NCBI GenBank assembly: GCA_046598395.1
Contig: JBKJIQ010000027.1
Span: 51,533 to 115,532 of the forward strand
Reading direction: 5' to 3'
DNA length: 64,000 nucleotides
Source of the DNA: Acidimicrobiia bacterium
GTDB taxonomy: Bacteria; Actinomycetota; Acidimicrobiia; IMCC26256; JAENVU01
Part shown: piece after piece, positions 19,108 through 27,435 of the stretch
Layout: the number at the start of each line of letters is the position of its first letter
Position numbering within the stretch: position 1 is the first letter of the stretch
Notes under the pieces: model-generated
Database searches by the model: none
The model's input: only the letters and a program-made list of their open reading frames with translations
What the model was told of the DNA's origin: nothing
Translations under genes and position numbers: made by a program

Positions 19108-19842
19108 TTAAAGGTGGAGGCCGCACTCGGTCTTGTCGAGGCCGCTCCACCGGCCGGCCCGAGCATCTTCACCCTCGCCCACGGGCCGCGTGCAGGGCCA
19201 GCAGCCGATGGACTCGTAGCCCCGTTCTGACAGCGGGTGGATCGGAAGATTGTGGTCCTTCACGTAGCCGGCAACGTCGCTGTCCGACCAGCCCGCGATG
19301 GGATTGACCTTCACGAGTCCGCGGCTCAGGTCGTAGCTCACGAGCGGCGTGCCGGTGCGCGCCGAGCTCTCGGCTCGGCGAAGCCCACTCATCCACGCAG
19401 CCTTGCCCGCCAGCGCTCGGCGCATCGGCTCGACCTTCCGGACTCGGCAACACGCGTCCGGGTCGTTGTGCCAGAGATCGTCGAGCTCGCGTTCGGGGCG
19501 GATCACGTTGAGGTTCAGTCCGTAACGGGCCTTCACCTGTTCCACGTACCAGAGCGTTTCGGCGAAGTGGTACTGCGTATCGAGGAACGCCACTTCCACT
19601 TCGGGCACGGTTTTGTAGACGATGTCGATGAGCACACAGTCTTGGAACGAGGCCGCAAGGATGAGGTCGGAGCCGAACCGGTCATAGGCCCACGCGACCA
19701 GCGCCGACGCGGGACGCGACTCGTACCGGCGGGAGATCTCCGCCAACTCGCCCAGGTCGGGGATCGCCGGCGCGTCGTCCACCGAGACCGAACCGATCGA
19801 GACGGGGGTATCTGCGATGGGGGTGATGGCGGTGGAACTCAC
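19108..19842 (-). CDS. cysH: Adenylylsulfate/phosphoadenylylsulfate reductase (thioredoxin-dependent, Fe-S type)
   Basis: DACCRVRKVEP and SIGCWPCT cysteine pairs and C-terminal KTECGLHL. I chose GTG 19842 because it overlaps the sirA stop (GTGA). The longer ORF-track N-terminus overlaps sirA. Confidence 0.9.
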   Translation of the reverse strand: MSSTAITPIADTPVSIGSVSVDDAPAIPDLGELAEISRRYESRPASALVAWAYDRFGSDLILAASFQDCVLIDIVYKTVPEVEVAFLDTQYHFAETLWYVEQVKARYGLNLNVIRPERELDDLWHNDPDACCRVRKVEPMRRALAGKAAWMSGLRRAESSARTGTPLVSYDLSRGLVKVNPIAGWSDSDVAGYVKDHNLPIHPLSERGYESIGCWPCTRPVGEGEDARAGRWSGLDKTECGLHL

Positions 19843-21620
19843 GTGGCGCACTCGCTCTCGCCGACGGCTGACACGTACGGTCCAGTCTCGTCGAAGTCCA
19901 CGTAGAAATCGGGGTTCTCGTCGGGCAACGGGAACACGTCGAGGTCCTTGAGGGTGGCGCCGACGGTGGCCGCACCGCCAGAACGATCGAGCCACTGTCG
20001 AAAGGTTTCGCCCGCCGAACGCTCGCCCGCGAACCGCCCAACGACTCGCACCACGGCTTCTGATGCAGTCTTGGCCGGGACTTTGGTGGCCTTCTCGCCG
20101 AACTGAATCTCCATGTTGCCCACGCTGCCGCCGAGCAGCATTTGGTACCCGGGCGCGGCTCGTCCGTGGGCGCGGCGCTCGAAGCCCATGAAGCCGATGT
20201 CGGAAATATGGTGCTGACCGCACGAGTTGGTGCAGCCGGAGATGTTCACGCGCACCCCGCCGACCTCGGCCAGGCCGGCGTCATCGAGCGCACGCTCGAT
20301 GTCGTTCGCGAGTCCGCGCGATTGGGTCACCGCGAGGTTGCAGGTATCCGCTCCGGGACACGACACCACGTCACGAGCGAGTTCGGCGCCCGGGCGATGC
20401 ATGTCGGCCGCAACCAATCGTTCGTACAGGGCGGGGAGCTGGTCGTCGGTCAGGCCGCGCAGCACGAAATTCTGACGGTTGGTGATGCGGATCTCCGCCG
20501 CGAACTCGCGCTGGATGTCGGCGAGTTGGCGAAACTGCACGGTCGTGATGTCGCCGAGCCTCGCATGCGCGTAGGCGCTCACGGTTCCGTTCGCGCGACC
20601 GCGCACAACGTTTGCGATCTCCCACTTTCGGTACGCGTCGAGACCGGAGAACTCGATCGGGATACCACCATCGGCCGCGACCGTGGTGCCCATGCCGGCC
20701 GGTGCATCACCGATCTCGATGACTGCAGGGGGCAGACCGCCCGGGTAGGTGGCGGAGGCTCGCAGGAACTTGCGCTCCTTGATGATCCGTTCCCGGAGCT
20801 CGTCGATCCCCATGGTGTCCACGAGCCACTTCATCCGGGCGCGCAGCTTGTTGTCGCGGTTGCCGAAGTGATCGAAGGTTCGCAGGGTGGCTTCGATCGT
20901 GGCCAGCAGGTCTTCACGGCTCGTGAACTCCTCGAGGGCCTGGGCCGGGTGCGGGTTCGCGCCGAGGCCGCCCGCGAGGAAAATCCGAAATCCGGCTTCC
21001 ACGGTGCCGCCGTCACGGGGTTGTGAGACCGCGATCACGCCCACATCGTTAAACATTGCCTGACCGCAGTCGGTGGCGCAGCCGCTGAAGTTGATCTTGA
21101 ACTTGCGCGGCATCCGCTGCGACAACGGGTTCCGGAGGAACCACTGATAGGTGGCCTCGGCCCACGGCGAGATATCGAGCACCTCGAAGGGGCACGCGCC
21201 CGCGAGATGACAACCCGCCACATTGCGCACGGTGTCACCACACGCTTCGCGGCTGGTGAGCCCAACGGATGCGAGGAGCCGCAGGACCTCGGGCGTGTCG
21301 CGCAGTTCGACGAAATGGAACTGCGCGTTTTGGCGAGTCGTGAGGTGACCCCAGCCGCGCGAGTAGGTCTCGGAAATCGAAGCGAGCATTTCGAGTTGGT
21401 CGGGTTCCACGCGGCCGTAGGGGATCTTCACCCGCACCATCTGGTTGGTGCCGCCTTGACGTTGGCCGTAGATGCCCTGGTTCAGGCGCGAGACGCGAAA
21501 GACGTCTTCGTCGAGGTCACCGGCGAGGTATTCGTCGATCGCGGTCGAGAACCGAGTGATCTCGTCGTCGATCTCCGGATCGAGGGGGCGGGCTCGCAGC
21601 TCGTCGATATTGATGGCCAT
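19839..21620 (-). CDS. sirA: Ferredoxin-dependent sulfite reductase (nitrite/sulfite reductase family)
   Basis: Two NIR_SIR-like halves with the siroheme/4Fe-4S motif ISGCTNSCGQHHISDIGFMG. Start ATG 21620 (MAINIDELRARPLD...) has GAAGGA upstream. Arranged sirA-cysH as in mycobacteria. Confidence 0.9.
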   Translation of the reverse strand: MAINIDELRARPLDPEIDDEITRFSTAIDEYLAGDLDEDVFRVSRLNQGIYGQRQGGTNQMVRVKIPYGRVEPDQLEMLASISETYSRGWGHLTTRQNAQFHFVELRDTPEVLRLLASVGLTSREACGDTVRNVAGCHLAGACPFEVLDISPWAEATYQWFLRNPLSQRMPRKFKINFSGCATDCGQAMFNDVGVIAVSQPRDGGTVEAGFRIFLAGGLGANPHPAQALEEFTSREDLLATIEATLRTFDHFGNRDNKLRARMKWLVDTMGIDELRERIIKERKFLRASATYPGGLPPAVIEIGDAPAGMGTTVAADGGIPIEFSGLDAYRKWEIANVVRGRANGTVSAYAHARLGDITTVQFRQLADIQREFAAEIRITNRQNFVLRGLTDDQLPALYERLVAADMHRPGAELARDVVSCPGADTCNLAVTQSRGLANDIERALDDAGLAEVGGVRVNISGCTNSCGQHHISDIGFMGFERRAHGRAAPGYQMLLGGSVGNMEIQFGEKATKVPAKTASEAVVRVVGRFAGERSAGETFRQWLDRSGGAATVGATLKDLDVFPLPDENPDFYVDFDETGPYVSAVGESECAT

Positions 21621-21680
21621 CGGTGTCCTTCGGAGAAGTTGGCACCGGCCGCGCGCAGCCGCCGGTCCCAGTCGGGAGGG

Positions 21681-21727
21681 CAGAAAAGCGGGCGTTTCGC
21701 GTCGAAAATCAGACGCAGGAAACGCCC
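21681..21727 (-). terminator. Intrinsic-terminator-like hairpin inside the sirA-cysH 5' leader (candidate attenuator)
   Basis: The minus strand reads GGGCGTTTC-CT-GCGTC-TGATTTTC-GACGC-GAAACGCCC followed by GCTTTTCTG. That is 14 bp of stem, an 8-nt loop and a U-tract. It ends ~60 nt upstream of the sirA ATG (21620), with no upstream same-strand gene to terminate. Confidence 0.55.
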
Positions 21728-21910
21728 ACGATGCAACTGAGCTCGTCGCGCACCTCATGCGGAGTGCGGCCTTGCGCGATGCTCGGCGCGCCGTGGTCTC
21801 GAATCACGGTTTTCACCCTACCGGACCCGGAACTGAAATACCAGCAGATTGGTCAGATATCTCCCGACTGTGACGTTCGGCGCTCGTGTTCCGGCCGGTA
21901 GGTTCGGTGC

Positions 21911-22369
21911 ATGAGTCGGATCGCGCAACGGTTGGTTGAGCTGGGTATCGAACTCCCGGTGGTGTTTCCCCCGGTGGGGAACTACCTCGCCTGTGCCCGT
22001 TCTGGCAACGCGCTCTACGTGGGTGGGCACGGTCCGGTCTACGGCGACACCGTGATCGCGGGCAAGGTCGGAGCGGACCTCACCCTGTCCGAGGCGCGCG
22101 GCGCGGCGCGCCTCACTGCGCTGTCGATCCTCGCAACGATGCAGCATGAGCTTGGGGATCTGGACCACGTCGTACGGATCGTGAAGGTGTTCGGGATGGT
22201 CAATGTCGCGCCGGGGTTCAACCAAACTCCCGCGGTGATCGACGGGTGTTCCGACCTGCTGATCGACGTGTTCGGCGACGCAGGGCGGCACACCCGCTCC
22301 GCGGTGGGGATGGCCGAACTGCCCTTCGACATCGCGGTGGAGATCGAACTCATCGCCGAGGTGGCGTAG
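21911..22369 (+). CDS. RidA/YjgF-family protein
   Basis: 152 aa with a RidA-like pattern: NYLACARSGNALYVGGHGPV...KVFGMVNVAPGFNQ...GRHTRSAVGMAELPFDIAVEIELIAEV. Confidence 0.8.
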   Translation: MSRIAQRLVELGIELPVVFPPVGNYLACARSGNALYVGGHGPVYGDTVIAGKVGADLTLSEARGAARLTALSILATMQHELGDLDHVVRIVKVFGMVNVAPGFNQTPAVIDGCSDLLIDVFGDAGRHTRSAVGMAELPFDIAVEIELIAEVA

Positions 22370-22372
22370 CCC

Positions 22373-23062
22373 GTGGCACCGCGTGCCAAACGGGGCACCA
22401 AGCCCGGAACGATCGCGCCACCAACTCCACCCGAGGCCCCCACTGAACCCGAGGCAGCGACGGCGATCCTGGCGAGCGAGGACCACGTCGAACGCGCCTT
22501 CAGCGACCTCGAGCTCCCCGATCTCGATGCCCCGTACGCGCGGTTCGTGCGGTGCGAGTTCCGTCGGGTGCAGCTCACCGCCACCAAGCTGCGTGGCGCT
22601 TCGTTCGTGGACGTTCGCTTCACCGACTGCGATGTGTCCGGCGCCGATTTCCACAACGCATCCCTCACCCGCGTGGAGTTCCAGAACTGTCGGATGGCCG
22701 GCGTCAACGCGTCGGAGTCGGAGCTTCGCCACGTTCGGTTCACGGGCTGCAAGCTCGACGGCGCGAATCTCCGGTTCGCGGTGCTGGATCATGTCCGTGC
22801 CGATGAGTGTTCCTTGGTTGATGCCGACGCGTACGAGGCGAAGCTGCAGTCGGTTGCCTTACGCGATTGTGACCTGACCGAGATCGACCTCACCAAGACC
22901 ACGATCAGCGGCCTCGACCTTCGGGGTTCGCGCTTTGAGGTTCTGCGCGGTGTGGCCGGACTCCGTGGTGTCACGATCGGAGCCGACCAGGTGATTCCCT
23001 ACGCACTTGCAATCTTCTCGGAGACCGCGGTGCGGGTCGAGTCCAGCGAACCCGAGGAGTAA
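22373..23062 (+). CDS. Pentapeptide-repeat protein (MfpA/Qnr-like fold) with P/E-rich N-terminus
   Basis: Continuous A(D/N)LXX-type pentapeptides: LRGASFVDVRFTDCDVSGADFHNASLTRVEFQNCRMAGVNASESELRHVRFTGCKLDGANLRFAVL. Starts 4 nt after ridA. Confidence 0.85.
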   Translation: MAPRAKRGTKPGTIAPPTPPEAPTEPEAATAILASEDHVERAFSDLELPDLDAPYARFVRCEFRRVQLTATKLRGASFVDVRFTDCDVSGADFHNASLTRVEFQNCRMAGVNASESELRHVRFTGCKLDGANLRFAVLDHVRADECSLVDADAYEAKLQSVALRDCDLTEIDLTKTTISGLDLRGSRFEVLRGVAGLRGVTIGADQVIPYALAIFSETAVRVESSEPEE

Positions 23063-23065
23063 CCG

Positions 23066-23524
23066 ATGAAGGTCTACCCAATTATCTTCGGCATTGGATT
23101 GACCCTTGCCGCCGGGTGTAACTCGAGCAATGGGCATCCCATCGATCGGTCGCCAGTACGGATGCTCGTCACGCCGTCGTCACCCCGAACGGGAGGGTTT
23201 CTCCGGATTCGCTATGTGACCGACATTCGAAATTCCTACATCGGTGCGGGATTGGACGTAGTGCTCAAGCGCAATGGGAAGCCCTACCGGCTGCTTATCT
23301 CTCGCCAGGTTTCTAATCCGATGGGGGAGGCGCTTCCTCCCGTCATGCCAATAGGAAGTGCTATCGACCTCGTAAAGACGGGTGTCGGCCTACGACGTTC
23401 CAACTGGTGGCGATACCCGTCGGACGATACGAGCTGTGTTCGGCCGTCTCGATACGCACGCCCCATCGGACTGTGCCGCTGTGGCTATGCCGCACGATTG
23501 CTGTTCGGCGCTGACGATCGGTAG
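23066..23524 (+). CDS. Hypothetical lipoprotein (lipobox LAAGC), visibly A/T-richer than neighbours
   Basis: MKVYPIIFGIGLTLAAGCNSS is a signal plus lipobox. I recognise no family. The C-terminal third is compositionally odd (WWRYPSDDTSCVRPSRYARPIGLCRCGY), so this could be degenerate. Confidence 0.45.
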   Translation: MKVYPIIFGIGLTLAAGCNSSNGHPIDRSPVRMLVTPSSPRTGGFLRIRYVTDIRNSYIGAGLDVVLKRNGKPYRLLISRQVSNPMGEALPPVMPIGSAIDLVKTGVGLRRSNWWRYPSDDTSCVRPSRYARPIGLCRCGYAARLLFGADDR

Positions 23525-23652
23525 CGGTTCCTGTCGCCGCCGGATTGCGATTCGGTGACGCCGGTGGAGCGCGTCATGAGGTTCCCTTTCCTCCGCTGGA
23601 TCCTCACGACGAGGCCCGGACGCGATGGTGAGCGCCAGTAACCTCCGCCGCC

Positions 23653-25374
23653 ATGCGGATGTCCTCCCTCTTCTTACGTACGTTGCGCGACGACCCGGCT
23701 GATGCCGAGGTCGACAGCCACAAGCTCTTGGTGCGCGCCGGTTGCATCCGGCGCGTTGCCTCCGGGATCTACTCCTGGCTGCCACTCGGCAACCGAGTGT
23801 TGCGCAATGTTGCCCAAATCGTGCGCGAAGAGATGGACCACGCCGGCGCGCAGGAGACGAGCCTCCCGATCGCTCAGCCGCTCGACCTCTGGAAACAGTC
23901 CGGCCGCGACGAGGCCTACGGCTCGATGATGTTTCGAGTGCAGGACCGCAAAGACAACTGGTACGCGATGGCCCCGACCGCCGAAGAAGTGGTCACGACG
24001 CTGGTCGCGGGGGAGTACTCGAGCTACCGCGACCTACCGGTGAACCTGTACCAGATCAACTGGAAATACCGCGATGAGTTGCGGCCTCGCTTTGGCCCGT
24101 TGCGAGCCCGAGAGTTCCTGATGAAGGACGCCTACTCCTTCGACGCGAACCTCGAGGGGCTCCAAGCGAGTTACGACGCGATGTACGCGGCCTACATCAA
24201 GGTGTTCAACCGATGTGGGCTCACGGTCCGCTCCGTGAAAGCGCAGTCTGGTGAAATCGGTGGCGACACGAGCCAGGAGTTCATGGCGGTGGCCGCGATC
24301 GGTGAAGACGCGTTCGTCTGGTGCGAGCAGTGTGACTACGCCGCGAACACCGAGGCTGCGACTCGTCGACCCACGCCGGAACAGGCAATCCCGGACCAAC
24401 CTCCGCGCGAATCAGCCCATACGCCCGACATGCCGGGGATCGATGCCGTGGCCGAGCACCTCGGGACTACCGCAGACCTCCTGATGAAGGCGATCGCCTT
24501 CGACGTGGCGGGCGAACTCGTCCTCGCCCTCGTGCCCGGCGATCGCGAGGTGAACGAGTACGCAGTCGCAGCTGCGCACGCACCGGCCGCCGTACGGCTT
24601 TACACGGATGCCGATTTCGCAGCGCGCCCCGACATCCCCAAGGGCTACATCGGTCCTGACTTCGCGGGAGCGCAGCGCACGATCGCCGACACCTCGTTGC
24701 GTTCCCCGCACGGTTGGGTCACCGGTGCGAACAGAGTGGACCACCACGACCGCAACGTGGTCCTCGACCGCGACTTCACCCCGACTGCCTGGAACGAGAT
24801 CGTCGTCGTCGAACCAGGCGACCGCTGCCCGAACCCAAACTGCGGGAACCCATTGCGCATCGACCGCGGCATCGAGGTCGGTCACGTTTTCCAACTGGGC
24901 GATAAGTATTCGGTGGCGTTGGGCGCCACGTACACCGACGAATCCGGCGACGATCACCCGATGGTCATGGGCTGTTATGGGATCGGGGTCAGCCGTATCC
25001 TCTCGGCCATCGTGGAGGAGCATCACGACGACGATGGCATTTCTTGGCCGGCCGAAGTTGCGCCGTACCAAGTCCATCTCGTGATGCTGCCGGGCCGCGG
25101 CGAGGCCGCGGCGGCCGTGACCGATGCCGCCACCGCGCTCTACGACGGCCTGCAGGCCCGTGGCGTCGACGTGTTGTTCGATGACCGTGAGGTCAGCCCC
25201 GGCATCAAGTTCGCCGACGCCGATCTGCTCGGTATGCCCGTCCAGATCACGGTCGGGGCCAAGGGGCTCGGGCGCGGCGTGGTGGAGCGCAAGATCCGGG
25301 CCACCGGTGAACGTGACGAGCTCCCGATCGATGCGGCCATCGACACGCTTGCCCGCGTGGCGGCAGCATTGTGA
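23653..25374 (+). CDS. proS: Prolyl-tRNA synthetase
   Basis: MRMSSLFLRTLRDDPADAEVDSHKLLVRAGCIRRVASGIYSWLPLG, class II motifs and an INS editing-domain-length insert. Confidence 0.97.
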   Translation: MRMSSLFLRTLRDDPADAEVDSHKLLVRAGCIRRVASGIYSWLPLGNRVLRNVAQIVREEMDHAGAQETSLPIAQPLDLWKQSGRDEAYGSMMFRVQDRKDNWYAMAPTAEEVVTTLVAGEYSSYRDLPVNLYQINWKYRDELRPRFGPLRAREFLMKDAYSFDANLEGLQASYDAMYAAYIKVFNRCGLTVRSVKAQSGEIGGDTSQEFMAVAAIGEDAFVWCEQCDYAANTEAATRRPTPEQAIPDQPPRESAHTPDMPGIDAVAEHLGTTADLLMKAIAFDVAGELVLALVPGDREVNEYAVAAAHAPAAVRLYTDADFAARPDIPKGYIGPDFAGAQRTIADTSLRSPHGWVTGANRVDHHDRNVVLDRDFTPTAWNEIVVVEPGDRCPNPNCGNPLRIDRGIEVGHVFQLGDKYSVALGATYTDESGDDHPMVMGCYGIGVSRILSAIVEEHHDDDGISWPAEVAPYQVHLVMLPGRGEAAAAVTDAATALYDGLQARGVDVLFDDREVSPGIKFADADLLGMPVQITVGAKGLGRGVVERKIRATGERDELPIDAAIDTLARVAAAL

Positions 25375-26474
25375 CGCCGCCCGTGGTTCCGCCGGTCGCG
25401 CCGATGTTGGCGAAGCTCGCTCGCGAACTCCCGATTGGCGACCAGTGGAGTTATGAACCCAAGTGGGACGGCTTCCGCTGCATTGTGTTTCGCAACGGCG
25501 ACGAGGTTGAACTCGGGTCCCGGAACGAGAAGCCACTCACTCGCTACTTCCCGGAGTTGATCGATCCGCTCAAGGCCGCGTTGCCCAACGGCGCGGTCGT
25601 CGACGGCGAGATCGTGATCATGACCGAGCACGGTCTCGAGTTCGACATGTTGTCGCAGCGCATTCACCCCGCCGCCAGCCGGATCGCGAAACTCAGCGCG
25701 GAAACGCCGGCCGCGTTCGTGGCGTTCGATCTCCTCGCGTGTGAAGGGGTCGACCTGCGGGAGGAGCCGTTCGAGGTTCGGCGGCTCGCGCTCGAACGTG
25801 CGCTCACTTCCAATCCGACCGTGCATCTGACCCCGCGTACTCGTGACCCTGAGGCCGCGGCGATCTGGTTCGAGCAGTTCGAAGGGGCGGGGCTCGACGG
25901 TCTGGTGGTCAAGGACATCGCGGGCACCTATCGGCCGGGCGTCCGCGGCTGGTTGAAGGTGAAGCATCTTCGTACTGCCGATGTCGTGGTCGGGGGCTTC
26001 CGGGTGCATAAGGACGGTGCGGGAGTTGGGTCGCTGCTGCTGGGCCTCTATGACGACGCCGGCACACTGCATCACGTGGGCGTCGCATCGAGCTTCGACG
26101 CCGAGACCCGTGCCCGACTAGTGGAAGAGCTTGCTCCGTATCGAGATCGCGCACTGGACGCGCATCCGTGGGCCGATTGGGCGACTGCGGCAACCGATCA
26201 CGGGTCCGACGCGGGCACCGAACCGGGTGGTAGCTCCGAGCCACAACGCCGGCCCGGCGCGGTGAGCCGTTGGAACGCGAAGAAGGATTTGTCGTGGGAG
26301 CCGGTTCGCATCGAACTCGTAGCCGAGGTCGCTTATGAACATATGCAGGGCGATCGATTCCGTCACACCGCGCGGTTTCAACGTTGGCGGGCCGATCGAG
26401 AACCTTCCTCGTGCACCTACACACAGCTCGACACGCCGGTGCCCGTCACACTCCGCGCGGTGTTCGGCGGATAG
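25371..26474 (+). CDS. ATP-dependent DNA ligase (LigC-like, adenylation + OB domains only)
   Basis: Motif I EPKWDGFR, then SRNEKPLTRYFPEL, DGEIV, FVAFDLL, GLDGLVVKD and WLKVKH. The GTG start overlaps the proS stop (GTGA). Confidence 0.85.
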   Translation: MTPPVVPPVAPMLAKLARELPIGDQWSYEPKWDGFRCIVFRNGDEVELGSRNEKPLTRYFPELIDPLKAALPNGAVVDGEIVIMTEHGLEFDMLSQRIHPAASRIAKLSAETPAAFVAFDLLACEGVDLREEPFEVRRLALERALTSNPTVHLTPRTRDPEAAAIWFEQFEGAGLDGLVVKDIAGTYRPGVRGWLKVKHLRTADVVVGGFRVHKDGAGVGSLLLGLYDDAGTLHHVGVASSFDAETRARLVEELAPYRDRALDAHPWADWATAATDHGSDAGTEPGGSSEPQRRPGAVSRWNAKKDLSWEPVRIELVAEVAYEHMQGDRFRHTARFQRWRADREPSSCTYTQLDTPVPVTLRAVFGG

Positions 26475-26499
26475 CCCCACACCGGCGCGCGGGCATTGT

Positions 26500-27435
26500 C
26501 TAGCGCTCGGGAAGGCCTCGATAGATCGCGCGCATGATCGGGAACCGACGGGTCGTGTATCGGTTCAGGTCGTTGGATGGAACACAGAACGCCGCGAGCG
26601 CGCGCCACGGGAGATACGGGTACCGGTGGTGTTCGTCGTGGTACAGCAAGCGGGGCGACGTCCACACAATGCGGTCGAGGAGTCCGCAGTCGGTGGTGCG
26701 TGAGATATCGCTGCCGGAGACCAGCGCCGTGCCGCTCGAATCGACGCGTGCGTGTTGCACATAGGTGCGCAACCGATTGAACAACGGATACAGCGTGACG
26801 AGCGATCCGTAATACAGCACGATCACGTCGAGGCGTCCGAGGAAGTACATGGCGGCCAGGAGCCCGAGCAGGCAGCTCGCAAACACCAATCGCAGCCCGA
26901 GGCCGCCGCCGCCTTCGGACTGCTCGGCCCGGAAGCGTCGATACTGCACCACCATGGTCCCGCCCACGAGATCGCGCAGGATCGCGCCGCGAAACTCGCG
27001 TCGTGAGGACACGTCGAGAAACCCGGTCTCGGGGTCGGCGTCGGTGAAGAATCCGTTCGCGCGGTGGTGCGCCGCGTGCGAAGCGCGGTAGACGCCGACG
27101 GGGAGCGCGAACCAGATCCCTGAGAGAAGGTTGCCGATGATGTCGTTCCATCGCCGGGACCGCATCAGGCTGAAGTGGGCGGCTTCGTGAATCCATTCCG
27201 ACATGGCGCGCTGGTGGATCACGCACGCGATGAGCGAGAGCGGGATGTAGGCCCACAGTGGGAGCCGGCCAAAGGCGAGGGCGAACCAGGCCACGAGGAA
27301 CGCGTCGGTGAGCGCGAGGTGCGCGACGTTGATGGCGGAGTGAATCGGACGGAGGTGCGCCCGCCGTAGGTCGGCGAGGCGGCCACGTTCGGGTCCGGTG
27401 ATGTTGGTCTCCGTCGCGTCCACGCTGTCGGTCAT
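26500..27435 (-). CDS. Membrane fatty-acid-desaturase-family diiron enzyme
   Basis: Three histidine boxes (HEAAH, HAAHH, HDEHH) separated by hydrophobic segments. ATG 27435 overlaps the stop of the upstream methyltransferase (ATGA). The longer ORF-track N-terminus was rejected. Confidence 0.85.
   Translation of the reverse strand: MTDSVDATETNITGPERGRLADLRRAHLRPIHSAINVAHLALTDAFLVAWFALAFGRLPLWAYIPLSLIACVIHQRAMSEWIHEAAHFSLMRSRRWNDIIGNLLSGIWFALPVGVYRASHAAHHRANGFFTDADPETGFLDVSSRREFRGAILRDLVGGTMVVQYRRFRAEQSEGGGGLGLRLVFASCLLGLLAAMYFLGRLDVIVLYYGSLVTLYPLFNRLRTYVQHARVDSSGTALVSGSDISRTTDCGLLDRIVWTSPRLLYHDEHHRYPYLPWRALAAFCVPSNDLNRYTTRRFPIMRAIYRGLPER

Noticed and set aside
19843-20223. Long N-terminal extension of the cysH ORF (start at 20223)
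   Set aside because: It overlaps the 3' end of sirA in another frame. A GTG at 19842 gives a normal-length CysH and a GTGA stop/start overlap with sirA.
21728-21900. SAM-I/SAM-IV riboswitch upstream of sirA-cysH
   Set aside because: I could not find the conserved core sequences of these classes by eye. The region is kept only as an unclassified candidate attenuator, and a covariance-model scan is needed.
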